Source of the DNA: an uncultured Clostridia bacterium
GTDB taxonomy: Bacteria; Bacillota; Clostridia; Oscillospirales; Acutalibacteraceae
Reading direction: 5' to 3'
NCBI GenBank assembly: GCA_944380725.1
Contig: CALWIK010000018.1
Span: 3,348 to 67,347, forward strand
DNA: 64,000 nt
Positions within the stretch are counted from its first letter, which is position 1. Each line of letters opens with the position of its first letter. Positions 38,877-48,740 of this stretch are shown piece after piece. The position numbers were made by a program, and so were the translations under genes. Below the pieces are notes generated by a model. It saw nothing but the letters and a program-made list of their open reading frames with translations, did not search any database and had not been told where the DNA came from.

Positions 38877-40856
38877 TTATTTAGCTCCAAAGTAAGCATC
38901 CATAATATCTTTTGCCACAATTTTAGATATCATACCTTTGACGCCATGTTCAATAACCACTCCTATAGCTATTTCTGGGTTTTCATACGGCGCAAAGCAA
39001 ATAAAAGTTGTATGATCCGAGCCACTATTTTGAGCTGTCCCAGTTTTGGCAGCTATTGGCACAATATAATTATTAAAATTTGTAGCTGTGCCTGAAAGTA
39101 CAACCTGACGCATTGCATTTTTGACCATATTTAGATGTTCTTGCGAGACCCCTGATGTATCAATAAGTTCTGGAGTGTCCGGGTTATTTTCCATAATAAT
39201 ATTTTCTCTGCGATAATCTGTTATTTTTCTTATAAGATGCGTTCTATATCGATTGCCTCCACTTGCAATGGTTGCTACATACGTTGCCAATTGTAACGGA
39301 GAAAATTGATTATCTGACTGGCCAATTGCAGCCTTTATAGTAACCAAATTGCTCCATCTTGAGCCAATTGACTTACTATATTCCGGTCCAGCCAATACTC
39401 CAGCGGTCTCAGTTAGTTCTATGCCTGTTTTAACTCCTAGTCCAAATTTTTTTGAATAAAGATTCATATTTTCTATTCCTAAACGTCTGCCAACTTCTGA
39501 AAAATAAACATTGCAAGATTTAGCCATTGCATAGTTTAAATCTGCATTACCATGCACTCCCAAGCATTTTGTTGTAAAGTTATGACCAGGATAGTGATAA
39601 ATGCCCACGCATTTAACCTTATCTTCTGGTGTCAAAACGCCCTCTTCTAGAGCTCCACAAGCCACCAAAGGTTTAAATATAGAGCCTGGAGCAAACACGC
39701 CTTGGAAGGCTCGGTTAAATAAAGGATTTGTTTTATCGTTAACCAGCTGAGAATAATATCCTGGTTCGCTCAATTTTGCCAAATCGTAGCTAGGATAAGT
39801 AGCCGCCGCCAAAACAGAAAAATCTTTAACACTCAAAGCTACCACTCCTCCAGCAACACAGTCGTACTGGCCAGAAGACCGAACTGCCCTTGCAAGAGAT
39901 TCATTGGCCGCTTTTTGAAGCCTAGAATCAATAGTTAAATATATTGTGTTGCCAGGTTTAGCTTCTTTAGCATTTGGGGTATGCAGAACCGAACCATCTT
40001 TTGCAACTTCAACTTTTTTTTCGCCAGCAACTCCATGCAAATATTCTTCCATAACCGATTCGATTCCACTTTTACCCACAACATCTGCTAAAGAATAACC
40101 TTTATCTTTGAACGTTTCATATTGTTCTTCAGAAATTTTTCCTACAGAACCAATAATATGTGGCGCTAAGTCAGAATTAACAGGCTGTCGCTTAGCAGAA
40201 AGACCTATTCTTACACCTTGATTATCTTGAAATTTTTCCGAAACAATCATCAAAAGCTCCGAACTAATGTCGTCGGCAAAAATATAAGAACTAGCCATTG
40301 AGTCATAATAACCATTGACATCCATATTATATTTCACACTAACAATATCACGTTTTATTTTTGGCTCAAAATTTTCGCAATTATATTTTTTAGCCAATTT
40401 TTCCATACACTCGCTTGCCGTTGAATATGAATTTAGATTAAGTCTATTTTTGCCTTTTAGTTCTTTAATTTCTTTTTCTTTTCCCTCCACAAATTCAAAC
40501 TGGCCGCCAGAAATTAACTTTATAGGTAGTTCATCTATAAAAGGTTCGTTTTTTAATTTTAGTAGCGCAATTAAGTCTAAGATTGTCTGATTTTCTTTTT
40601 CGGCTGGCAGCGCAAATCTATCTATAAGTATTTTATATCCAGTAAGATTTTCTACAAAACCTACGCCATTAACATCTAGGATTTCTCCACGCAAAGCGTC
40701 TGTTTTATTGCGGTATATACTGCTGCGGTTGGCGCGCTCTCTATATACTTCTCCATTAACAATTTGCCAGTCTACTAATCTTACAACATAGCAAGAAAAA
40801 ATAAAAACGATCAAAACAATGCAAAAAACATATCGTGATTTTCCTTTTAAATTCAT
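38877..40856 (-). CDS. mrdA: penicillin-binding protein 2 (elongation transpeptidase)
   Basis: N-terminal TM, SIFK (SxxK), SCN (SxN) and KTGTA (KTG). It sits immediately after mreBCD. Confidence 0.88.
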   Translation of the reverse strand: MNLKGKSRYVFCIVLIVFIFSCYVVRLVDWQIVNGEVYRERANRSSIYRNKTDALRGEILDVNGVGFVENLTGYKILIDRFALPAEKENQTILDLIALLKLKNEPFIDELPIKLISGGQFEFVEGKEKEIKELKGKNRLNLNSYSTASECMEKLAKKYNCENFEPKIKRDIVSVKYNMDVNGYYDSMASSYIFADDISSELLMIVSEKFQDNQGVRIGLSAKRQPVNSDLAPHIIGSVGKISEEQYETFKDKGYSLADVVGKSGIESVMEEYLHGVAGEKKVEVAKDGSVLHTPNAKEAKPGNTIYLTIDSRLQKAANESLARAVRSSGQYDCVAGGVVALSVKDFSVLAAATYPSYDLAKLSEPGYYSQLVNDKTNPLFNRAFQGVFAPGSIFKPLVACGALEEGVLTPEDKVKCVGIYHYPGHNFTTKCLGVHGNADLNYAMAKSCNVYFSEVGRRLGIENMNLYSKKFGLGVKTGIELTETAGVLAGPEYSKSIGSRWSNLVTIKAAIGQSDNQFSPLQLATYVATIASGGNRYRTHLIRKITDYRRENIIMENNPDTPELIDTSGVSQEHLNMVKNAMRQVVLSGTATNFNNYIVPIAAKTGTAQNSGSDHTTFICFAPYENPEIAIGVVIEHGVKGMISKIVAKDIMDAYFGAK

Positions 40857-40873
40857 ACTTTTTCACCTTTTTA

Positions 40874-41386
40874 TTATTCTCTAGACTTAATGTTAACCGC
40901 CAACGCCTTATTAAAAAAGTAAACAATCGGAGAAATCGCTACTGTATAAAACATTCCTATAATATAGTGGTTTAAAAAGGTATAAGCTATATCAGAGTAA
41001 CCATGCAATAAAAATTTAAAAACAAAGTGCAGCATATAAAATGCAGAAGTAAAGGCAATTACAAAAGCAATAGATGTAATCAAATTAAATTTTATAATTT
41101 TTTGGGCCGTATTGCCTACTAAAAAACCCAAACAAGTCATCACTGCAGAATTGAAACCAATTACACCTACTGCGCCTACATCTAAAAAAAGTCCCACCAC
41201 AAATCCAAAAACAAGTCCAACTTTTTGCCCTTCAAACAGAGCAATCATTATAGCAATAGGCAATAGAATTATTGGTTTAACATTATTTATACTAGGAATT
41301 AAATTAGGAACTTGTTCGACTATAAAAAAGGTTATAATTTCTAATATATACGCAAAAAAGCGGACACACTTATAAAGCGAAGACAT
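40874..41386 (-). CDS. mreD: rod shape-determining protein MreD
   Basis: Polytopic 170-aa membrane protein downstream of mreC. Confidence 0.8.
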   Translation of the reverse strand: MSSLYKCVRFFAYILEIITFFIVEQVPNLIPSINNVKPIILLPIAIMIALFEGQKVGLVFGFVVGLFLDVGAVGVIGFNSAVMTCLGFLVGNTAQKIIKFNLITSIAFVIAFTSAFYMLHFVFKFLLHGYSDIAYTFLNHYIIGMFYTVAISPIVYFFNKALAVNIKSRE

Positions 41387-41460
41387 AAAAACGCTCTCCT
41401 CAAAGAAAAAATTTGTTGCGCCCCCTATATTGCAGGCGCTTTATGCTATATTAAGAAAAA

Positions 41461-42333
41461 TCATCCTGTAACCGTAGGCAAAGATTCCGAAATGATATTC
41501 CCCTTCCCCTGGAACTCAGTAACAATAAAAACATCTATTAAAGATTTAATGTCATCAAACGGTTCAATAACAGCAAAAAAAGAAGAGTCATAATCATCAT
41601 TTTTAATTTCTTTAATTTTTCCCACGGGCAAATCTTTAGGGCAGATGCCACCCAACCCAGTAGTAACAATAATATCATCCGGATTCATTTTATTTTGAGC
41701 AGAAATATACATCATAGCGGTTTTATTTTCGTTCGCCAAAGATTTTTTGCCAATAATGACTCCACTATCTCCAGAAGCTTTATCAATAACTCCAATTTTA
41801 TATTCTGGGGACAAAATAGTCTTAACTTTACAAGAGTGCTTATTAACCGACGCCACTCTGCCAATCAATCCATTTTCAGTAATAACCGGATCATTTATGG
41901 AAATTCCCTCACTTGTCCCTTTATCCAAAGTAAAGCCAAAAAACAGGTCATTAGGGTCTTTAGCAATCACTTCCGCAGTCTTAAAACTTAGGGATTTATT
42001 TTGTTTTTTTAAGTCATAAAATTTTAGATATTGTGCATTTTCGCGTTTAACATCATAATAATCTACTAAAATAGTCCTCATTCTTTTAAGTTCTAATTTC
42101 AAATTCTGGATTTCTTTTTCGTACTCCTGGGCAGACTTCTTCTCTTTAGGCAAAACAGACATAGCCTTATCTGTAACCTTACTCGAAATTTTTTGCATAG
42201 GAGTTAAAATATAGTCCATCAACGAAGGCAGTGCATTAGCTCCCGGAACAAAATTTAAAATTAAAACTCCAACAGATATAAAAACGCAGGCAACAAAAAG
42301 TTTAAAACCATTTCTCATAAAAAACTTTTTCAA
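41461..42333 (-). CDS. mreC: rod shape-determining protein MreC
   Basis: N-terminal TM, a coiled coil (ENAQYLKFY region) and beta-barrel repeats with GLIGRV and GGICPKDLPVG. Confidence 0.88.
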   Translation of the reverse strand: MKKFFMRNGFKLFVACVFISVGVLILNFVPGANALPSLMDYILTPMQKISSKVTDKAMSVLPKEKKSAQEYEKEIQNLKLELKRMRTILVDYYDVKRENAQYLKFYDLKKQNKSLSFKTAEVIAKDPNDLFFGFTLDKGTSEGISINDPVITENGLIGRVASVNKHSCKVKTILSPEYKIGVIDKASGDSGVIIGKKSLANENKTAMMYISAQNKMNPDDIIVTTGLGGICPKDLPVGKIKEIKNDDYDSSFFAVIEPFDDIKSLIDVFIVTEFQGKGNIISESLPTVTG

Positions 42334-42390
42334 ACTCCAGCCTCCTCTACAAAAAACGACCTAAAAGCATAAAATACTCACTATCAAACA

Positions 42391-42420
42391 AGCGGAGATC
42401 CAATGAATATGGTCCCCGCT
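42391..42420 (-). terminator. hairpin between mreB and mreC (possible partial terminator)
   Basis: Minus-strand RNA forms AGCGGGGACCA-loop-UGGAUCUCCGCU, with a G.U that pairs only on this strand. The trailing U tract is weak. Confidence 0.35.
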
Positions 42421-42464
42421 AAAATAAAAAATAAAATACTAAAAAATATATAAATAAAAATTAA

Positions 42465-43475
42465 CTAATAGTTTTTGTTTTTATAATAATTTCTTGGCAA
42501 AATCAGCTCCAAGCGTTTTCCTGTTCCATCCACAACACAGTCGAGTGGATTTTCTGCAACATGCACAACTATTCTAGTTTCCTGAGCAATCAATTTATCA
42601 AGTCCACGTAGCAAAGCGCCACCACCAGTTAACATAATTCCATGGTCAATAATATCCGCAGCCAATTCTGGCGGAGTTCTTTCGAGCGTACTTTTTATAG
42701 CGTCTACAATGGCTTGCAAAGAGTCACACAGTGCCTCGCGAACTTCCTCAGCAGTTATTTCTATATGTTTTGGTAGACCATCAACTAAATTTCGTCCTTT
42801 AATTTCCATTGACCCTTCATTTTCATATTCAAAAGCGGATCCTATCTGAATTTTAATATTTTCTGCTGTACGTTCTCCAACAAGTAAATTATATTTTCGT
42901 TTAATATACGCCACAATAGCCTCGTCAAACTTATTTCCCGCTACTCTAACTGACTGTGATGTCACGATATCTCCTAAAGATATAACAGCGATCTCCGAAG
43001 TCCCTCCGCCAATATCAACCACCATACTACCCGTAGGTTCTGCCACAGGCAACCCTGCTCCAATAGCAGCGGCCATTGGTTCTTGAATCAGCTCAACTTC
43101 TTTTGCTCCAGCCTGACGTGTCGCATCTTCCACCGCTCTTTTCTCAACCTCAGTAACTCCAGCGGGGATACAAACCACAACCTTTGGGCGCTTACTAAAT
43201 ATACTCGTCTTAACTGTTTTTCTTATAAAATGCTTAAGCATAGTTGCCGTAATATCGAAGTTTGCAATAACACCGTCCTTAAGCGGGCACACTGCTACAA
43301 TAGATCCAGGAGTCCTACCGATCATATTTTTAGCCTGCAGTCCTACAGCTAAAACAGTGTCGGTATTAACATCCACAGCAACTACCGATGGTTCTCGCAA
43401 AATTATTCCCTTATTTCTCATAAAAACCAAAGTGTTGGCTGTTCCTAAATCTATACCTATGTCTCTTGAAAACAT
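42465..43475 (-). CDS. mreB: rod shape-determining protein MreB
   Basis: [23 protein letters not shown] and LTGGGALL. Confidence 0.95.
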   Translation of the reverse strand: MFSRDIGIDLGTANTLVFMRNKGIILREPSVVAVDVNTDTVLAVGLQAKNMIGRTPGSIVAVCPLKDGVIANFDITATMLKHFIRKTVKTSIFSKRPKVVVCIPAGVTEVEKRAVEDATRQAGAKEVELIQEPMAAAIGAGLPVAEPTGSMVVDIGGGTSEIAVISLGDIVTSQSVRVAGNKFDEAIVAYIKRKYNLLVGERTAENIKIQIGSAFEYENEGSMEIKGRNLVDGLPKHIEITAEEVREALCDSLQAIVDAIKSTLERTPPELAADIIDHGIMLTGGGALLRGLDKLIAQETRIVVHVAENPLDCVVDGTGKRLELILPRNYYKNKNY

Positions 43476-43766
43476 TCTAAAAACTTGCCCCCTTCAAAAT
43501 CAAGCCATAGATTAACATAAACATGCTATCCTACAACATTATACTACAGTGCATATATTTTTCTCAAGAAAAAAATATAAAATTAAAAACTATCTCCAAA
43601 ACACATAAATTTTTAATTATTTTCGTGTTATTTTAATTCACAATTTATGTTTTTGTAAATTAGTAATATCTATTAACAGTATTGCATGAGTCGGCTGCAG
43701 AATTTACCCACACAGCAGTTCACTACTCCTAACCCACAAGTAACACACTCGCTGCAAATAGTGATT

Positions 43767-44216
43767 TTATTTCCCAGTAGAGCCAAATCCAGCTTTTCCG
43801 CGAATAGTATCATTTAAAGTGCTAGCTTCAAAAAAAGAAACTGTTGCTACAGGCATTATTACCATCTGAGCAATTCTTTCATTTTTTTTAACAACATAAA
43901 TTTCTCTGCTAAAATTTTTCAAATTTACACAAATCTCGCCTCTATAATCACTATCAACCACACCTACGCAGTTTGTGAGTGAAATCCCATTTTTTATAGC
44001 TAGCCCGCTTCTTGCAAAAATAAACGCACCCCAATTTCTGTCTGGCAGCTCAATTGCAAATCCTACAGGAATCAAAGCAAACTCACCAGGTTCCAGTTTA
44101 ACTTCTTTTTCAATACACGCATATAAATCCACACCCGCAGCTCCTTCTGTTGCATATGTTGGGATTATTGCATCTTCTTTAATTTTTTTTATTTTCACAT
44201 TTATATTAAAGCCCAT
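43767..44216 (-). CDS. dut: dUTP diphosphatase
   Basis: GAAGVDLYA, ARSGLA, GVVDSDYRGE and RGKAGFGSTG. ATG at 44214-44216, with an alternative GTG at 44225. Confidence 0.9.
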   Translation of the reverse strand: MGFNINVKIKKIKEDAIIPTYATEGAAGVDLYACIEKEVKLEPGEFALIPVGFAIELPDRNWGAFIFARSGLAIKNGISLTNCVGVVDSDYRGEICVNLKNFSREIYVVKKNERIAQMVIMPVATVSFFEASTLNDTIRGKAGFGSTGK

Positions 44217-44429
44217 TATAAACACACTTTCGATTTATTTTAACTTTTTTCAACATAAACACTCAAATTAACAGTTTAATCCACAAGTTCTCAAAAAAAA
44301 TCAATTATATCGCCATTTGTATTTTTAACATGGTTGTGGAAAATTTTTATTTTTTCAACCTTTTCAACTATGTTTTCAACAGCAATCAATCAAACACAAA
44401 AATTAAGTCTTGTTTTTAAACACACGATG

Positions 44430-44461
44430 TCAAAAACATCACAAATATTGACTTGTGATGT
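44430..44461 (-). terminator. intrinsic terminator of the 44531-45091 gene
   Basis: Minus-strand RNA forms ACAUCACAA-loop-UUGUGAUGU (9 bp perfect) followed by UUUUUG. Confidence 0.65.
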
Positions 44462-44530
44462 AAAACTGCAACAAAACAGTTTATTAACAGATATTTTCGC
44501 ATGAAATACAGCTTAGTTGCTTTAATAAAA

Positions 44531-45091
44531 CTACTCATCCTCTGAAAAATCTTTAACAATTATAAAATTAACGTGGTTAAGTATATACAGTGTTAGATCT
44601 CTTAAAGAAGAAAATGTCTTTTTAAAATTGCTCCTGTCAAATTTTTTCAAGAAAGAGTTATCTGTAAAATGGCATTTATCATCTGTCACACAGTCATAAA
44701 TTGCCTTTCCAGAAAGAATCGATCCTGAAATTAAAATCGCTGCTCCAAATAAGGCTCCTCCTGCTGCTGTAGCACCTAAACCTACAGAAAAAATTGCTTT
44801 AAAAATAGATTTTACCGAATTCCAAGTCGATCTCCAAAAAGAAGGTTTTTTATTGGCATTTCTAAATTCTTTTTTTTCTAGCTCTTTGACTCTCTGTTTT
44901 AACATTTGAATTTCTTCTTCATTAATTTCGTCTAATTTATAATTGTTTTTCATTTTTCGATCAAAATTATAATCAAATTGACCTAAATAGCTTCTAGATG
45001 TAAAACTTTCATCTGCTAAGCAATATCTAGCATTTAATGAAGAAAACGGTACAGAAATCGCAATAACTAGTGCAAGAAAATTCTTTTTCAT
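44531..45091 (-). CDS. hypothetical secreted/membrane-anchored protein
   Basis: Signal peptide MKKNFLALVIAISVPFSSLNA, a charged coiled segment and a Gly/Ala-rich TM (VGLGATAAGGALFGAAILISG). I recognise no family. Confidence 0.55.
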   Translation of the reverse strand: MKKNFLALVIAISVPFSSLNARYCLADESFTSRSYLGQFDYNFDRKMKNNYKLDEINEEEIQMLKQRVKELEKKEFRNANKKPSFWRSTWNSVKSIFKAIFSVGLGATAAGGALFGAAILISGSILSGKAIYDCVTDDKCHFTDNSFLKKFDRSNFKKTFSSLRDLTLYILNHVNFIIVKDFSEDE

Positions 45092-45241
45092 AATTGCCCA
45101 TCCTTACGAATATATTAATAATATTTTATCATAAATTTTTTTATATTACAAGTAATTTAAGCGTTTTTAGCAAAAAATATAAAATAAATTATTAATAATG
45201 CCCCTTGTAATGTGTGAATTTTACACAAAAATTCACAGCGA

Positions 45242-45763
45242 TTATGTAAAAAATAATCTTACCATAAGAATCGAAAAGATAAAACTAGTTAAGTCGGCAA
45301 CAAGAGCTGCGAAGATAGTATGTCGAATGTTTTTTATCCCGACAGCGCCAAAATATATTGCGATCGCATAGAAAGTAGTTTCTGTTGAACCCATCATTAC
45401 TGAAGCGACTCTTCCTGCAAAGCTATCTGGACCAAAAGATTTAAAAATTGAATCAATAAATGCAAGAGATCCACTACCAGATATTGGCCTAAGCAGCATT
45501 AGAGGAATAGTCTCTTTTGGCACAGCAAGTAAGTTTCCCACAGGTTCTAACAACGAAGTAATAACATCTAATGCCCCAGATGCTTTTAGCATCGAAACAG
45601 ACATAATTAAGCCAATTAAAGAAGGAGCTATAGAAAAAGTTGATGTTAACCCTTCCTCTGCTCCAGAAAGAAAAACATCAAATATCGGTACTTTTTTTAC
45701 TAGACCAAAAACCACTATAAAGCCAATCATACACGGCATAATATAAAAGCTAAATTTACTCAA
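45242..45763 (-). CDS. spmB: spore maturation protein B
   Basis: Nucleoside-recognition (Gate) type membrane protein paired with spmA. It has LRPISGSG and GSTETTFY. Confidence 0.82.
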   Translation of the reverse strand: MSKFSFYIMPCMIGFIVVFGLVKKVPIFDVFLSGAEEGLTSTFSIAPSLIGLIMSVSMLKASGALDVITSLLEPVGNLLAVPKETIPLMLLRPISGSGSLAFIDSIFKSFGPDSFAGRVASVMMGSTETTFYAIAIYFGAVGIKNIRHTIFAALVADLTSFIFSILMVRLFFT

Positions 45764-45773
45764 ATAAAAATCC

Positions 45774-46361
45774 TCACTTTTCTAATACTTTTGCAAGAGT
45801 TATTCCAACTAATAGCGCTACAACAGATGAAATCCAAACAGCGGGAACTATGTCGAAGGGAGCTGCGGAATGGTATTTTTGTCGTAGAATAGACATCGTT
45901 GTTGGCAAGATCTGAATTGAGGCGGTATTCATCACAACAAAAGTTATCATACTATTGCTGGCAACGTCAGAATTTTTATTTAGTTTTTTCATCTCTTTCA
46001 TTGCAGAAATACCCAATGGAGTGGCTGCATTGCCAAGACCTAAAATATTAGCAGTTATGTTCATGCAAATAGCGCGCATAGCCGGACTATTTTCTGGACA
46101 ATCTTTAAATAAATGCTTAAGGACTGGTTTAAAAATTTTAGCAAGAATACAAGTAATTCCGCCACTATCTGCTATTTTTAAAATCCCAGACCACAAGCTC
46201 ATCATGCCGGCCATAGTAATTACAAGATTTATTGCATCCGATGCCCCAACTAATATAGAATTTGAAAGTGCTTCCATATTTCCAGTAAAAATCGCACAAA
46301 TTATACTAATTAAAATTATAAATCCCCATATGTAGTTTAGCATAATATCACCATTTTTCAT
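45774..46361 (-). CDS. spmA: spore maturation protein A
   Basis: MLNYIWGFIIL...AINLVITMAGMMSLWSG...GLGNAATPLG. The start may be the second ATG (46343). Confidence 0.82.
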   Translation of the reverse strand: MKNGDIMLNYIWGFIILISIICAIFTGNMEALSNSILVGASDAINLVITMAGMMSLWSGILKIADSGGITCILAKIFKPVLKHLFKDCPENSPAMRAICMNITANILGLGNAATPLGISAMKEMKKLNKNSDVASNSMITFVVMNTASIQILPTTMSILRQKYHSAAPFDIVPAVWISSVVALLVGITLAKVLEK

Positions 46362-46522
46362 TATGCAATATTATATTATGCAGTTTTTAAAATATGATTA
46401 TTTCCATTATTTACTTTTAAAAATATATTTGACAAATTTGTAAGAAAATAGTATTATTGATGTAATAAATATACATTTGCGATGAAAATCGACAGTAATA
46501 GTTACAGAAAGGATAGTGCTAA

Positions 46523-46771
46523 ATGAAATCGACTGGTATCGTACGCTCTATAGATGAGCTTGGAAGAATCGTTTTACCAATGGAACTTAGAAAAACTATG
46601 AATATAAACAGGAAAGATAAACTCGAAATATATGTCGATGGTGATAATATCGTTTTAACAAAACATCAATTTGCTTGTAGCTTTTGCGGTTCTTGCGATG
46701 ATGTTATAAATTTTAAAGGCCAATGTATTTGCAAAAATTGTATTTCAGAATTAAAATCGGAAAAGTTATAG
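46523..46771 (+). CDS. abrB: AbrB-family transition-state regulator with a C-terminal CxxC...CxxC tail
   Basis: MKSTGIVRSIDELGRIVLPMELRKTMNI matches the AbrB/SpoVT swapped-hairpin N-domain. The tail carries CSFCGS...CICKNC. Upstream promoter is TTGACA-17-TATTAT. Confidence 0.85.
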   Translation: MKSTGIVRSIDELGRIVLPMELRKTMNINRKDKLEIYVDGDNIVLTKHQFACSFCGSCDDVINFKGQCICKNCISELKSEKL

Positions 46772-47644
46772 ATTTATGTCTATAACTTTTTGAGTCAAAG
46801 GGATCGCTATGATCCCTTGGTTTTGTTTATAGATTATTTTTTTTGTAAATTTGTACAAGCACATTTTAAAATATGCAAAGACAAACGGAATGGGTATTAT
46901 TAAAAAACATAGAAGAATATCGTTCCAAAAAGAAAGCAAAAATTTTGTAAACTCTTTGCTGTTATTGTGAATTAAAAAAGTGGAACTTTTCATTATTGTT
47001 AATATGTTTGAGTTTTCGTTTAGAACAAATATAAAATTTGCTGAAATCTGAGACAGACTGAATTTTAAAAAAAATATAATTGCAATCAAAATTGTTACAG
47101 CAGAAATCAAAATTATTAGTCTTAAAAAAGTTTGAGACTCTTGCAAAAAAAAATTGACTCTTAAACATGCCACAATAAATGTTCCTACTGTTGGAACAAA
47201 GAAAAAAATAAAAATTATAATGGATTTTAGCATCATAAACAGTTTAAATGATATTACTTTAAGGAGGCCTTTTAAATTTTTATAATAATAAAAGATGGTA
47301 AACAATGGAGTTTTATCATCTTTTTTTATTTTTGAAAACCATAAATAAATGCCCATATTTAGAGGAATAAACATTATAAAAGAATACATTAAAACAAAAA
47401 TAATAGTAGTAGAAAAAGAAAATTCATTTAAATTTTTTATTGCAGAAAAATACTTGTCAAATAAATAAAAAAATTTTTCTTCAGTTGAGTTTAAGTCTAA
47501 TAAAGAATATATGGAAAGAAGAACCATAAAAATTAAAAATAAGTTTATTGTGGATTTAATAATTAAAATTATAAATAAATTTTTGATGTTACTTTTGGAA
47601 AAAATTTTTAAACTTTCTTTTTTTATTTCTTTCAAAATTATCAC
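46766..47644 (-). CDS. polytopic membrane protein (DUF975-like N-terminus)
   Basis: About seven hydrophobic segments. The N-terminus ILKEIKKESLKIFSKSNIKNLFIIL resembles DUF975. The probable start is TTG at 47633-47635, 8 nt after GGAG. It overlaps the ylbJ 3' end and the abrB stop. Confidence 0.55.
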   Translation of the reverse strand: MIILKEIKKESLKIFSKSNIKNLFIILIIKSTINLFLIFMVLLSIYSLLDLNSTEEKFFYLFDKYFSAIKNLNEFSFSTTIIFVLMYSFIMFIPLNMGIYLWFSKIKKDDKTPLFTIFYYYKNLKGLLKVISFKLFMMLKSIIIFIFFFVPTVGTFIVACLRVNFFLQESQTFLRLIILISAVTILIAIIFFLKFSLSQISANFIFVLNENSNILTIMKSSTFLIHNNSKEFTKFLLSFWNDILLCFLIIPIPFVFAYFKMCLYKFTKKIIYKQNQGIIAIPLTQKVIDINL

Positions 47645-48740
47645 TCCGCGGATTTTTAAATTTGACAGAAAAAAGGAAAATTATGCATAAAAAAATAATT
47701 GCTATGCTACCCTTTGAAACATATCCCTCTGCAAGGTTTGAAGAATATATCAATTTTATTACATCTAAAGAAGTGCGAGCACTAAAGGCTATAAGCAAAA
47801 AATGCGTTATTATTGCAGATAAAACTCCATGAATCGCTCTGCAAAAAATAAATTTGAGTTTAGAAAAATTAATTGAATTAGTTATCGCAAATATTTGAAA
47901 ATGTATACACAAGCCTGCCCAACCGAGCGCAAAAGCAATTAACTCTGTGGATGCATGATTGTTTATTATAGCGATGCATCCGTTGGTAACCTCTAGCAAA
48001 ACCGATGCTACAACTTTTATTATTGACGATTGTAAATAAAAAAAATCAAAGATTTTAAAAATTATATTTAAAAAAGCTGAAAATAAAATTACAAACGAAC
48101 ACATGTTAAACATTGCCATAGCTGCGTTTAAACAAGAATTGACTAGTGCTGTAGAAAATGGAATTGGTTGATAAATTATTTTATTTTCACAAGATGTTCC
48201 GTCTTTATAAAATAGCCCAGAAAAAATTCCTAAAATTAATGCAGACAAAATATGCGAAATAAAAATAATGATTCCAGTTGATTTACTGCTAGATATTTGC
48301 GCTCCAATTGCACTTAAAATAAAAGCCGGTCCTGCACAAACCATAAATAACAGCATCTGTTCGGCTTGCTTTGAGGTTATTTTTTTTTGTAGAAAAAGCT
48401 CTTTCACTCCAATTGCTCCAGTAGGATAGCCTCCGATAAAACTTAATATAATAGTCGCAGCGCTGCTTTCTGGCAAATTAAATATAGCCTTTGTTATTGG
48501 AGCTAATAGTTTGCTGATTTTATCTGAAAGACCAATTTTAACTATTAGCGAAGATAAAACCATAAATGGAAACAACGAAGGGATTAAAATATTAGTACAA
48601 AAAATTAAACCTGTTTTTGCTCCAGAGGCAGAAACTTGTGGATTTATAAGGATAATTATACATAAAGACACTATAAATAAAAATTCTAATATATTTTTAA
48701 ACAATTTTATAAAATAAAAATTACAAAAAATTCTATACAT
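47589..48740 (-). CDS. ylbJ: sporulation integral membrane protein YlbJ
   Basis: GAKTGLIFCTNILIPSLFPFMVLS and FIGGYPTGA are typical of YlbJ (two nucleoside-recognition domains). Confidence 0.8.
   Translation of the reverse strand: MYRIFCNFYFIKLFKNILEFLFIVSLCIIILINPQVSASGAKTGLIFCTNILIPSLFPFMVLSSLIVKIGLSDKISKLLAPITKAIFNLPESSAATIILSFIGGYPTGAIGVKELFLQKKITSKQAEQMLLFMVCAGPAFILSAIGAQISSSKSTGIIIFISHILSALILGIFSGLFYKDGTSCENKIIYQPIPFSTALVNSCLNAAMAMFNMCSFVILFSAFLNIIFKIFDFFYLQSSIIKVVASVLLEVTNGCIAIINNHASTELIAFALGWAGLCIHFQIFAITNSINFSKLKFIFCRAIHGVLSAIITHFLLIAFSARTSLDVIKLIYSSNLAEGYVSKGSIAIIFLCIIFLFSVKFKNPRSDNFERNKKRKFKNFFQK

Noticed and set aside
43598-43653. Long AT-rich hairpin (AAAACAUAAAUU / AAUUUAUGUGUUUU) as the dut terminator
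   Set aside because: The pairing is plausible, but the stem is entirely A/U with a 30-nt loop and a 2-nt bulge. In DNA this AT-rich, such complementarity is expected by chance, so I did not list it as a feature.
43686-43826. Plus-strand 46-aa ORF (MSRLQNLPTQQFTT...) running antisense into dut
   Set aside because: It has no SD, runs antisense to a conserved gene and has no recognisable features. The GC-rich island is better explained on the minus strand.
44226-44530. Possible replication origin (DnaA-box-like 9-mers, AT-rich repeats)
   Set aside because: There are only two imperfect boxes. No dnaA/dnaN neighbourhood is present, no clear AT-rich unwinding 13-mers, and part of the region is simply the terminator of the upstream gene (44430-44461). 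I kept it only as a possible regulator-binding array.
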